A stretch of DNA of 64,000 nucleotides, taken from NCBI GenBank assembly GCA_009914755.4, contig CP068257.2:9152001-9216000 (forward strand), given 5' to 3'. Shown here piece by piece: positions 52,146 to 64,000 of this stretch. A program made the translations under genes and the position numbers. Position 1 is the first letter of the stretch; every line of letters begins with the position of its first letter. The notes beneath the pieces were generated by a model. It made no database searches, was not told the origin of the DNA, and saw nothing but the letters and a program-made list of their open reading frames with translations. This DNA comes from the human T2T-CHM13v2.0 reference genome, Homo sapiens.

Positions 52146-55100
52146 TATTACATTTTATTGCAACTATTGGCTCAATAGTTGCACTATGTATTTTTGTTTA
52201 AAGTTATTGCTCAAGCGTTTACCATATATATTGTTAACTTATCACAGTTTATTCTTAAGTACTATTATATCATCTCCCAAGTAATATAAAAATCTTACAG
52301 CAGTATATAAGCAGTCCTGGCTTTTCGTGGTTCTTATATGCAGGAATTTTTGTTACTGTGCTTTGATTAGATAACATGTATAATTCCTTCATGGACACAG
52401 TGCAAATTTCACTTTCCACAGTGTATTAACTACGTGTAATTTCATTCAGTAAAAATTTTGATGCTGGTTTTTAGTACAAAAATTAGTAAGTATTTAATGG
52501 ACAAGCATGATGATCAGTGAGCAATCATGCTCTCTCTGTGAAAGTGTGCTGGTTATTTGTCGCTGTGTACCTGTGCATCTGTATGAATTTAGTTTAGACA
52601 GATATCAAGGTGTGTAGTTGTGTAAACTACTTGTCCTCCAGTCATAAACTCACATAATTTAACTTCTAAAGCACCATCACTGTTGGATAAGTGTCCAAGT
52701 CACCTTTATTCATTTGGATACCTCCATGAAAATGTTAAAAAGCTGCTTTTTACTAACAAATACAACTTTAATCATCCAGCTAGTGGACCAAGGAGTTATT
52801 TCAATGTTTAAAGCCTACTGTCTTAGACAAACTTTTCAACAGACTTCTGAAGCTACAACTGGAGATCATGCAATTTTTAGGCTAAGTTTTGAAAGATATA
52901 TTACTTAAAAATGCAGTTGAAATACTTAAGCATCATGGCAGCAAAGAAAGTGAGTAATATGTGCGTGCAGTACAGCAGAAACTTGTATTGCTCTGTGAAA
53001 ATAACATGCAGGATACCAACAGAATGCAAGTGGAGCTATTGGCTCATTTTGCTCCTGCTTGTGCAGAACTTTTCATGTCAGGCCATCTCCTGGGCTACTG
53101 GTGAGTTTATGGATCAGCCCAGCTGTAGTCTATCCTGTTGTTCCTGAAGTGGGGTGGAGGTCAGCCAGCAGCCTGCAAAAATGTTAGAAAATAAGAGTCA
53201 AGCAGGACTTCTGATGCCCCCAGATCATGTTATTGTTATGATCAGCCATCCACAGCAAGTGTCTTATTTGAATTATATCCGATGATAGCGATGGATCTAC
53301 GTTGCTGTTTGCCTCTTGTAACCCACAGAGTGAGAATGCAAAATCCAGGGTTAGGAGTGCAGTCAGTGGCAGTGTGACTAGGTGTTTCTCTGTAGGATAC
53401 TAAGAAAAATACAGCCCAGGAAACTGTTAGTGCTTTCATTTTGTTTCACTATAGGTCTGCCTGGATGATCAAAACAGATGGGAAGGAGCCATGGTGGGGC
53501 AATGATCCTGTTCTGTTGCCTCCTGGAGATTCAAGCATTATATATGGAGAGCTATCATCTCTACCCCTCCTCCCGGTTTACTCTCATGGTGAGGTCAGGT
53601 AGAGTTTAGCAGGGATGTTCATGTGAATATTGTCTGTGTTTGTGAATAGGCTCGTATTTCAGTTGCAAGCAACATGATAACTTTAAAGTTCAGTTGCTGG
53701 TTAATAACTGTCTTTTTTATTAAGTTGATACTGAACTTGATGTCTTTTTGCAGCACTAACAGAGATTACTGGTGCTACCTTTTAGCTTTTGATCATTTAT
53801 GCAAGCCTAGATCTTTAGCTTTACGTTGCAAAAGGGGTATTTTTTTCAACATTTTTTTGGTGAGAGTATTAAAGTTGGCATTATTATGATCACAAGTGTA
53901 AACAGGTATATAAGGAAGTGGCGATACATTGTTAAGACTGCTGTTATTCATGATGCTTAGCCAAATGAAGGTGCAATTAATACTGCCATGTAGACCTGGA
54001 ATAACGTCAGCTCAGGAACAGCAAGTTTAGATAGTTTGACTGTAGTGAATTTTCATGAATGGAATAGTTAATCATTTTAGTGGATCTTGGGGGTCAATTC
54101 AGGCTGTTTTACTTGATCCACTTCTTATCATTATCCTTACAAAGTCTTCTGAGATAACACAGCACTGATAGTTGCTAACAGACTTTATATCTACCGCGTT
54201 ATTAGCATTTTATCTTGATACACTGATAAAATAAGCTTCAGGAATAATTAAAAGATTGCAATGGCTTCCAGCTGCCAAATGCTAGATTTAATTATTTTTA
54301 GGACCAACATGAGGGTTTAGACACACCACTTGTGGTGCAGCACACATGTATTATCCAAACTGAAATTAGCAATTCAACTGAAGTCCATGTAGAGTCGAAA
54401 AATGTGAATATTTGGAGATGATTTGGCTCACTTTATTTTGTAGAAAAGAAAACAGATTCAGGGAAAGGGCATGCATTGCCTAAGGTGATTCAGCAGGTTT
54501 GGAGCAGAAACGCAATACAATCTCTGTTCTTTTGCTGCTCAGATCCAGAATTTTTTCACAATACTGAACTACTTATGTTTCTGATTCCTTATTTTTTCTG
54601 TTTTATATTTTGCCAATATTGTCTTACCAAGATCCTATTCTTTACCCCAAATATTTAAATTCATTACCACTATTGTCTCTTTATAAGTAAAAGTACTAGT
54701 TGTTATTATAAATGATTATTCGATCACTTTTCATTTTTTGGGGGGTCCAGTACAAAGTTAGTAACAAATAAACATTATAGGCCTTGGCAATCCAAGGGGA
54801 GCTCAAGTCCTCCAGGGCACGTCAGGAAAAGCCTAAATGACAGCTGAGCTTCGAGTGGACAGAATACAGCTCTCATACGGACTGTTGAGTATTTGATATT
54901 CTTCAACAGTTTCATTCATCTTCAGTTTTTTCATCTTTGAAGTGATGGATTTAGTCCTTGCTATACTCGACTTTCAAGTTTCTTTTGAAATAATTATAGA
55001 TTCACAGGAAGTTGCAAAAGGTGCAGGGATGTCTTAGGTACTCTTCACTAATTCTCCCAGCGGTGACATCTCGCATAGCCATAGAGCATATCAAAACCTG

Positions 55101-58100
55101 GAAACTGACATAGGTGCAATTCAGAAAGCTTGCTCAGATCACAACCATTTTGTACACATTTGTTTTTGTATGTATTTGTGTGTGTGTGTGTGTGCATGTG
55201 TTCTGTGCATTTTTATCTCATGTAGATCTCTGTAACTACAACCTCGACCGTCAAGATACAGAACTGTAGCCTCACCACCAGGCTCCAACTTGCAATCTTT
55301 GTGGACACTCTGACACATTTTCCTCCACCCGTTCCCCTTGGCAACCCCATAGTCTGTTCTCCATCTTTACAATTTTATTTCTATAATTTATATAAATGTA
55401 ATTGTACAAAATCGTATTTTTGAAGGGAAGAAACAAGTCACAGATATTTTTGTTCTCACTGCAAAATAATCTTTAACACTCATTTATTTTATGTTCTATT
55501 TGTCTCAAAAAATGTGCCTTGTTCTTTCCCATATTTTCTGATATCAGGATAGGAAATCAATAGCAAACAAAACATAATTCCATTCATTTTTTTTCCACAG
55601 CTTGGTTTTCACTGCTGTTTCCTAACGCTTATTGTTCCATTTACTCTTTCTCTCTGTTTTCCATCACATAAAAGTAACTTTGTGTTCTTTATCTCTTCTA
55701 AGAAAACTTGGTAATGAGTCTTTCATGTGAAGCCCGGACCACCCTTGTTTTGATTTTGTGTTATGGGTGTTCTTTTGTGTGATCGCTTTCATGGAGAGTC
55801 CTTGTGAAGCTGGGCTTTTCCAATGGTTTGTCAAAATGGAAATAGATATTTAACAAACCAAACACAAAATGACCTTGCTCCAGGAATGCATCATTTCTGA
55901 GAAAACACTACCTCTTCCAACTAGAGATTGTGAATATTACTCATATTATCCTTTACTCCCTTTTATTAAAACTGTATTTTTTTTACACATTTGTATAACT
56001 CGGGTAATGAAATGTGAAACTAAGTGATTGCCTACCAATTACAATTGATATTAATGATGCTAGTGGGAGGCCACCTCTACAGTGGCTGCGCCATGTCTAG
56101 GGACTTGCTAGCTTTGCTAAGTTACATAGGATTGCCTACGTACTAAATGCAAACTTACTCATGCACATAGGAAACCATTTGTATTAATATGATTAAGAAG
56201 CCCTGCCTAACCCTGATGAAAAATTACTTGAAAATAACAGAAGAGAGTCCTTATTTTAAAGTACATTAACTATTGGGAGTAATTACTATCAGTCCAAACA
56301 TAACTGGATCTAATGAGACTGAACAGAAACAAATTAGACATAATTGGAAGCTAAGCAAAAGTCAATTAAACTCCTATAATTTTACCTTTATAAAAATTAT
56401 TGAATTAAATGACCTGGATCAATTAGCAGAGGAAATAAAGCCATGAAGAATATTTCCGGGAAACTATTACCTTTTTTGAGGGAAAAATATTGTTTCACTT
56501 AATGATTAGAATTTAGTAAAATGTAGCTTAATGAATTTTGCTGCCTTAGCAGTTTAATAACTTCAAATGAAGTAATTATGCAAATTTTTTGATAGTTTGA
56601 CCTACAAAGTAATGCAGGAGTTGTTTTAGGGAATCCAGGAGTAGAATTTATTTGATAGAATAAAATAACATATTTATAAAAATCAGCAAATTCAGATGGT
56701 TTGGAATAAAGATATGATTGCTTTTACTCAATATTCACTTTAGGGCTGGGTTAGCTGTGTGGGAATTGCAGTTGACCTGTTGTAGAAATTGTGTGCTTGG
56801 AAATATATCACCACATTGCTCCATGTAGACTCCCTCTGTGATTCAAGTCTTGTTCCTACAGCACTGCTGTCAACCTTCAACCACCGTCACCCTATAGACC
56901 CCAAGTCAGTTTGTATTCAGTAATGCAAGTGGTGTTCTGTGCAACTGGTCACCCAAGAACTTGGTGCTAAGAAACTGAGAAAGTGATGACCAAGACAATC
57001 TCATCAAAACACAGCCAGGGCCAGTCACAGTATCGTAATTTCTGCTTTCTGGATGTTCAAGGAAATGTAGATCATGACTCCTTCTGTGATGCCTCATTAT
57101 CTTCAAAAGGAGCTATAAGCGTACACTCATTTCCAAATGTGATGGAATAAGATTGCAGTTTCAATTAGGTCCTAAAGTATAATTAATTATATAATAGTTA
57201 TAAAAATATTAATTCTGTAAGGACAGTCACAAAGGAAAGAACAGTAGCAAATAGGTCTCAGGAAATATATCAAATGAGATGTTCAGGTGTGATGCAGCTT
57301 TGTACATACTATGCTAAATACATTATGTCTGTAATTAAACCAGCTGCATACACAATGCAGATGTGGCAAATTCTTTGCTGAAACATGTATGCCAGTTTCC
57401 TCATTTTTTAAAATGACAAGTGCATGCTTAATCAGGTTAGAGTGGATAGATTATGATATTATCAATGCACTGGACAAATCCATTAATGATACAGTGAGAT
57501 TTTGTGCAGAAAAATGGAATAGAGAGGTGTGAATCCAAACTTTGAAGAATAAAGAACATACATTTGTAATTAAGAAATATCTCTCACTTTCATCCCTTAT
57601 GTGCCACACATAGCACAATCCAGCCCCACCCAGCCATGACTCTTACATATATCACTCCTGACAAAGCCGGCCTGGCAATTCAGACCTGGAGCCCAGGGAA
57701 AAGAGAGGAATCCCATGATTTCTGGCAAACACTGCTGCTTCTTTTGTAGTGGTGTGAGATGAATGCCTCTACATGCACACAAGTGCCATGTTGAGGGGGA
57801 TGAATCTTTCAAGATTTGTTTAAAGTCAAATAATGTGAAGGTCCATGACTGACCTCCAGGCCTCTCAGAGCTTCAGTTAACTCCTTTGTGTTAGGGGATG
57901 TTAGAAGAACGTTTACAAGTCAGAGCAGGTGATGCTCAGGAGCAAGAGTGAATGAGGAGGAGGAACCCAAACAGGTCCAGCACAGAACATCAGCATCTGA
58001 GCATCAAGTCTACCCCTGAGAAAAAGTGGTCCAAAGGTTTGTGTGGACCCCATTCTCCAGGCCTTACAAACCCTGTGATTTCTGCCTCATTCTGTCCCGT

Positions 58101-58832
58101 CCTGTCACTTTGAGTCTGAATTGGAAGAGAGAAAAACAGTAACTAGATCAGTAAAGTAAGGAGGAGTGAAGAGCAGGAAGGTGGAGGTCGTGATGGTGGA
58201 AGATGGAAACCTCCTCGCGTGAAATAGAACAGTTTGGATGTCAGCTGTCACTGCTCTAGATCTCCTAAAACCCACTCCATTTTTATTAAAAATATACATT
58301 GCATTTTTCCAGTGTACACGATATCATGTTAAGAGTTCATAAAGTTTTGAGGATGTGAGTAATCAGAAAGGAGGTTTAAAGAACCGATTATTTTGGTGGT
58401 CTGGCTCCTTTACCCCAGTAGGAAAAGATGCCATTTTGCTTATGCCCTGTGCTGAATTTCAGAATGCCTGTCAACCCAACACGCTTCAGCATGAACTTTA
58501 ACTCAAAAAATCAAAAAGTACCAGGATCAATTTACAATCCTAGCTATATGGTATTTTAGAAATTACAAAGCCTGTAAATGAGCTATTTTGTCAACTTCAT
58601 AGATGAGAAATCTAAGAGTGGGTTAGTCAGTTCTCTTAGATTTCTCATATCCATAAAGTGGATAGAACATCTAATTTAGAGGCTTGTTGAAGGATAGACA
58701 GAAATGGCATTTACAAAGTATCTAGTGAAACTACTGGTAGGGATTATATGCTCAGTAAATGATGAGCACTATAATCACAAATAATTTGATCTTTGAAAGT
58801 GTAAAATGTATTTGTCTGTCTGCTTGGTTTTT

Positions 58833-59100
58833 CTCGGAGGCATAGTTTCCCTCTGTCACTCAGGCTGGAGTGCAGTGCTGTGCTCACTGCAGCCTCTGCC
58901 TCTCAGGTTCAAGTGATTCTCCTGCCTCAGCTGGGATTACAGGAGCCCGCCACCATGGCCCAACTAATTTTTGAGTTTTTACTAGAGATGGGGTTTCATC
59001 ATGTTACCCAGGATGGCCTTGAACCTTGGCCTCAAGTGATCCATCCACCTTGGCCTCCGAAAGTGCTGGGATTACAGGCATGAGCCACTGTGCCCGGCCA
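58833..59100 (-). mobile_element. Alu SINE (antisense, 5'-shortened)
   Basis: 'gtttccctctgtcactcaggctggagtgcagtgctgtgctcactgcagcctctgcctctcaggttcaagtgattctcctgcctcagctgggattacaggagcccgccaccatggcccaactaatttttgagtttttactagagatggggtttcatcatgttacccaggatggcc...gctgggattacaggcatgagccactgtgcccggcc'. Confidence 0.9.
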
Positions 59101-59104
59101 CATT

Positions 59105-59690
59105 TATTTTAATTCAGAGAACAATTTTTCAGTAAGGTTGTACAAATGATTGTCCTACATTCCTGCATGTTTGAAACTCTTTTTCTCTTTTTGTCTCCAT
59201 ATGTGAATGACAGTTTGGCTAGGTATAGAATGCTTGGTTTACACTTTTTATTGTTCATAAATCTATAGTCTTATCTTTGTTCCCATCCTCTATACCAGCT
59301 TGAGTAGGATTAGAGTGTGGGATTCACCTATAAAACTCTATACCCATTGAACAAGTCCTCTTTTCCCCCTCCGCTAGTCCCTGGCATCTGCCATTTTACG
59401 TCTCTGTTTCTAAGAGTTTGACTACTTTAAAAACCTCATATAAGAAGGATCATGCAGCACTGTGTTTGTATTTTTGTGACTGGTTTATTTCACTTAGTAT
59501 AGTATCCCCAAGGTTTATCTATGTTATGACATATGAAAGGATTTCCTTTTTTTTTAAGGCTGAATAATAATTTATTGTGTATATACCACTTTTTAAAATC
59601 CATTCATCTCTTGACAGATATTTAGGTTGCTTTTACCTCTTGGCTATTATGAATAATGCTGCAATGAACATGAGATGAACAAGCTCCTTT
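59105..59690 (-). mobile_element. L1M-family LINE 3' end fragment (antisense)
   Basis: 'cccattgaacaagtcctcttttccccctccgctagtccctggcatctgccattttacgtctctgtttctaagagtttgactac...gtgactggtttatttcacttagtatagtatcc...ggctgaataataatttattgtgtatataccac...ggctattatgaataatgctgcaatgaacatg' matches the antisense L1M 3'UTR/ORF2 end. The 5' boundary is uncertain. Confidence 0.5.
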
Positions 59691-60781
59691 TTTATCTCTT
59701 TACTTTTGTTAGAAGCTTTTAATTCCTGATTAATGAGTTCTGAACGTATGCAGAGGTCTCTACCTGGCAGTGACCTAAAGCCTTGTCTTCTGCCACCCCA
59801 CTCAGCCTTCAGATTCATGTCTCTAGATTCTTGAGGTTGGGAAATGTTTCCCTAGCAGCCATGGTTTTGCATTCATTGGCCATTCAGGTTTTCTGCTTTG
59901 CCATCTTCCCCCGGGGGTTTCCTTATCCTCCTGGAAGCACAACTAGGCATTTAAGTCCATGTTGACTGTATTTTACCTGCTATTTCTATGTGTTTTGCAA
60001 TAAGGGCTTTTCAAGATACCCATAACTTGTGGCTAAAAATGAGGTTTGTTCCAATGTGCCTTAGAAATATCCAGTTTCATACTTACCTGGCAGGGCAGAT
60101 ACCATGATCTTAAAGGCAGTTTTCCCAGGGCAAGGCTTATCCATTCCACTCTGGATCCATCATAGGGATATGCTGATCCCTGGAATTGCCCCAAATGTGG
60201 GAAGCTCTACTGCAAAATTTTTGGTAGTGAGCGATGGCATTATGCATTCATGTATGAATTCAACTGAGTATCCAGTTTCATACAAATAATAATAACATCT
60301 TCTATAAAATGTATTCTTGTGTATTAACACATGGGGCTCTCTAGTATTCCTGCTGAGATATATGGGAATCTACCCTAGTTTTGCCATTTTCTCCTAACAT
60401 CAGTCTACTTCTTTTAATATTCATTGCTTCTCCCCATTTCTGTAGTTCAGTGCATGTTCCTTTCCTCTGCAGGAACTATTTCTCTTTCCTCACCCAACTC
60501 ATAAATCCCTGCCTCCCACCCTAAGGGTAGGCACATGACCCAACCTGGGAGATCAGAATGTCACACCCCCAATACAGGATTGGTTTGTGAGTAGGCAGAT
60601 GATTCTGTCCATGCACAGAACTAAGTAGAAGAGAGTTTTTATACCTCAGCTTAGCTTGATGCTAGCAGAGAGCTACTGGAGTTCTATTTCCTCCTCTAGG
60701 GAAGAAAAGGATTTTGGTTTGGAGATAAAGCCAAGATACCAAGAAAGTGGGAATGAAAGACTTAGAGACAGGGAGTCCTGG

Positions 60782-60908
60782 CCCCTTTTCAGATGCTCAG
60801 ATGCTGGCACTAGCTTGAGGCCCAGTTCTGCTTCTGCTCTTCCCAACAGCCCCTTTTCAGATGTTGGCACTAGCTGGAGGCCCAGCTCTGCTTCTGCTCT
60901 TCTCAACA
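60782..60908. repeat. Tandem duplication, about 60 bp in 2 copies
   Basis: 'ccccttttcagatg(ctcagatg)ctggcactagcttgaggcccagttctgcttctgctcttcccaaca' followed by 'gccccttttcagatgttggcactagctggaggcccagctctgcttctgctcttctcaaca'. It creates the mirrored 86-aa (+) and 78-aa (-) ORFs, both artefacts. Confidence 0.8.
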
Positions 60909-61317
60909 TTTGTTAAGGGGAGCTCCCAATTTCTTTTCGAAGATAGCTGGTTTGACTTGGATATCCATCTCTTCTAATCAAGGGTCCTGATTCCTTGTCA
61001 TTGTCATCAAAAAAAATTTGTAAATATTTCACTTCTTGCTGACATGCTTTTGGTGTTGAACAAAGTGATTTGCACAGATACAATCTCTGCATCTTAATAG
61101 CTTACATTCTAAGAGCTGTACACCTGGCACTCTTTCTCTGGAACTATAACTGCTACATTCAAGAATCTTTATTAATAATACTTTTCAGATATATAGTTAA
61201 AAAATAATTTTAATAGTTGAAAGGCATCCATCTTTCCAAGAGGTTTAGACATACTGCAATTGAGTGCTAAGTGACTTTTAGTTTGTATTTTTGTATTTTT
61301 TAATATTTGTATTTCCA

Positions 61318-61700
61318 TAGGTTATTGGGGAACAAGTGGTACTCAAGATGGATGAAGGATTTAAATCCAAGACAAGAAACTATAAAAATTCTAAAAGACA
61401 ACATTGGGAAAACTCTTCTAGACATTGGCTTAGGCAAGGATTTCATGAACAAGAACCCATAAGCAAATGCAATAAGAACAAAAATAAATAGCTGGGACCT
61501 AATCAAACTAAAGAGCTTTTGCACAGCAAAAGAAACAGTCAGCAGAGTAAACAGACAACACACAGAGTGGGAGAAAATATTCACAATCTATACATCTGAC
61601 ACAGGACTGATATCCAGAATCTACAATGGACTCAAACAAATTAGCAAGAAACAAACAAATAATCCCATCCAAAAGTGGGCTAAGGACATGAATAGACTTT
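61318..61700 (+). mobile_element. L1 LINE ORF2 C-terminal region fragment (sense)
   Basis: The + strand translates to '[124 protein letters not shown]', which matches L1 ORF2p '[119 protein letters not shown]'. The 94-aa ORF at 61300-61584 (-) is the antisense artefact. Confidence 0.85.
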
Positions 61701-64000
61701 TAGATATTTGTGTGTGCAGACCTCTTGGTGTCAAGGCTAAACTGTTCCTTTCTCTGACACATAGGAAATTGATGCACAATACCTTGCAGTGTATAATTCC
61801 AGGCCCCTAGGCATTGGAGACTGGGTTATCTTTTCACTCAACTGACAGTTGATACATTGTTTGCACTGAAAAATCTGGCTTTGTTGAACCACACCAGTTT
61901 ATGTTTTTAATTCCAAATGTTACCTTGTTATGAACTATTTTTTTGTCCTTTCCTCTAGAGAAATGCTAATGCTGCTTGCTTACATGGAAAGTAAAGTTAA
62001 GGAGTTGGTGTTGACATTTTGGCTTGCTGTCACAGGCAAAAAAGAGTAGTGCTGTTTTTGTGTGTTTAATTTTCTTTCACTTTCCCCACTCTGTGTATTG
62101 GAGGATGCCTTTAGCAATAAGTAGTCCTTATCCAGGTCACTCACTCATTAACCACCAACCACTGACAGTAATGTCTTTACTAGATATTTTGCTTCTTTTG
62201 ATTAATTTGTCTCTATTTCCTTTGTTCTAAAGCCTATAGTGAGTAATCATATTTGGAATAATAGTAGAGCTCCCTGCTGTGTTTTCATTTGCTTAAATCA
62301 AGACTTAGCTGATGTATTGAGGAACCAAGACTGAGATGTGGGGCTAGGAGGGCCTAGGGTCTGTCAGGCACTCTTCAGTGACTTGAGGTGCTGAATGACT
62401 CACACTGTACTGGGAGATGACCACCTGTGTGCATCCAACACTGTCACAGATGTGCCATTGAGCCACCAGGAGCAGCCACAGACCATCAGTGGTTGTGCTT
62501 TGGAATACGCAATTTTGTGTTTCTGGTGAGCTGTAATCTTTTCTTTTCCCGTATAATTATTTTTCATTGAATTATGCTATTAAAACTCATCTTTGGGTTT
62601 CTTGTAACGTCATTGCCGAGAACATTATTTTTGCATTTCACAGTGATTTCTTGAGGAGGAAGTAAGAAGTAATTGTTTTCTGGACTCACTGTCTGAAAAA
62701 CTTGCACTTTACTGAAGTGATTGTTTTATTTACACTAAGTAACAATATGAGTTTTGTTAGCTTTTTGGATGGACTACAAAGCATAAAACCAACTTTGTTC
62801 CTCATCTCTGGCAAAGATGGAGGGTTGTTGGCTTGCATTGTGTGATGAGTCTTATACCTGGCTCTGTCTGCTCTTGCCTTTTGCCTTACATTTCAAAGAC
62901 CTCACTTTTTTTTTTCTTTTTTTAAAAAATATTTTATCACGTGATTTTATATACATTTTAATAAAATTTCTTTTTTGTAAAAAAAGCAAAGCATAAATAA
63001 AATAGCGTAGCCATTTCTTCTAAGGTTATGTTGAATCTAACCCAAACTCTTATCAGAGAAAACTCTTCTTTAGATGTAGCCTAAAGCAGGAAGCAACAAA
63101 CCTGTATACAGCCAAAGTATCATCTCAAGGGCCTGCATTCAAATCTCACACATGTGGCTTGAAAGTGATCTCTTTCGCCCTTATTTCAAGGCCTAATCTT
63201 AGGTTACATACTGCTTAAAGAAGCTTCAGTATGCAATTTCAAAGCCTGTAGTAGATGTAAAATGAGAAAATTAGAAATAAGGAGAAAAGCTGCTACATGA
63301 GGACACTGACAGCAAGGAAAGGGAGAGAAAAACTCACAAAGTAAGTGGAAAAATAGACCAATGCAAATAACCCCACATAGTTTAACAGACCTCATCATAT
63401 CTATTGTGTACATGTTTGTATGACATAGATTATATCTATTATATGTAACCCAGTGTTCATAGTGTTGACTTAGAAATTATCAACCAAATTCAAAGCTTTT
63501 AGGCTTTGAAAATTGTTTGAAAAGATTTTCACCCAAAATATTTAAATTATTTAAAAAAATTATTGTTGATTAAAGTTGTAATCCTCAATTAATTAGAAGT
63601 TTTGGCTATCCAGAGACCTTATATTCCAAAGACTTTAGAGAGCTGTTTGTTAGATGACATAAATTATTACCATTATCCTACATTTAAACTTCTAATTTAC
63701 GTAAATAGTGAGCAAAATTGAGAGCCATACAAATATTCAATCTCTGAAGCTCTTATGGCAGCATTGATCAAATAGGTTAGAGAGCACATGGATACAGCTT
63801 TATTGCCTTCTAGTTTTACTGCAAACGTGCTATTTAATAGTATGCAAATGATTGGCTAGAGGTACAGACCGCCAGGGCCTTCATAGCAAACAGGTTTTGT
63901 GTTTACCCTAGCATACAAAAATGCTTCATCTACGATGTATGCTGTAACTGTGTGTATTGTCTACCCTAGCATGCAAAAATGCTTCATCTAAAATGTATGC

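Noticed and set aside
60656-60916. Mirrored 86-aa (+) and 78-aa (-) ORFs
   Set aside because: Both are consequences of the about 60-bp tandem duplication at 60782-60908. They have symmetric repetitive peptide content and no coding signal.

Overview
This window is not microbial DNA; it reads as hominoid (human-like) nuclear DNA, and I can support no protein-coding gene, RNA gene, CRISPR array or prokaryotic defence/mobile system in it. The evidence for a hominoid origin is the repeat content: at least nine Alu SINEs, which are primate-specific. It also holds a complete SVA composite retrotransposon, which is hominoid-specific. There are also L1 LINEs, MIR fragments and THE1-class ERVL-MaLR elements.

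Roughly half of the 64 kb is interspersed or tandem repeat, and the remainder is AT-rich unique sequence with no convincing exon signal. Every ORF of 120 aa or more in the six-frame track lies inside a tandem repeat, a simple repeat or a decayed L1, so all are treated as artefacts.

The most interesting structures are:
- A near full-length minus-strand L1 (22046-28590) inserted into the 3' end of an older plus-strand L1M. It is flanked by a recognisable 13-bp target-site duplication and was later hit by two Alus.
- A full SVA (7949-9420, minus strand) directly abutting a CpG island that carries an NRF1 palindrome and a CCAAT box. Distal to the SVA's own poly(A) lies 156 bp of unique sequence followed by a second poly(A), the signature of a 3' transduction.
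- A structurally complete THE1-type element (LTR-internal-LTR) with a perfect 5-bp TSD, plus two solo THE1 LTRs that each keep perfect 5-bp TSDs.
- Six minisatellites/VNTRs with unit lengths of about 6-9, 28, 34, 35, 46 and 61 bp. These generate the long spurious ORFs and could be mistaken for CRISPR-like arrays.
- A 218-bp nearly pure polypyrimidine tract.

All calls come from reading the sequence and comparing it with repeat consensus sequences from memory. Boundaries are approximate (about ±20 bp unless a TSD fixes them).
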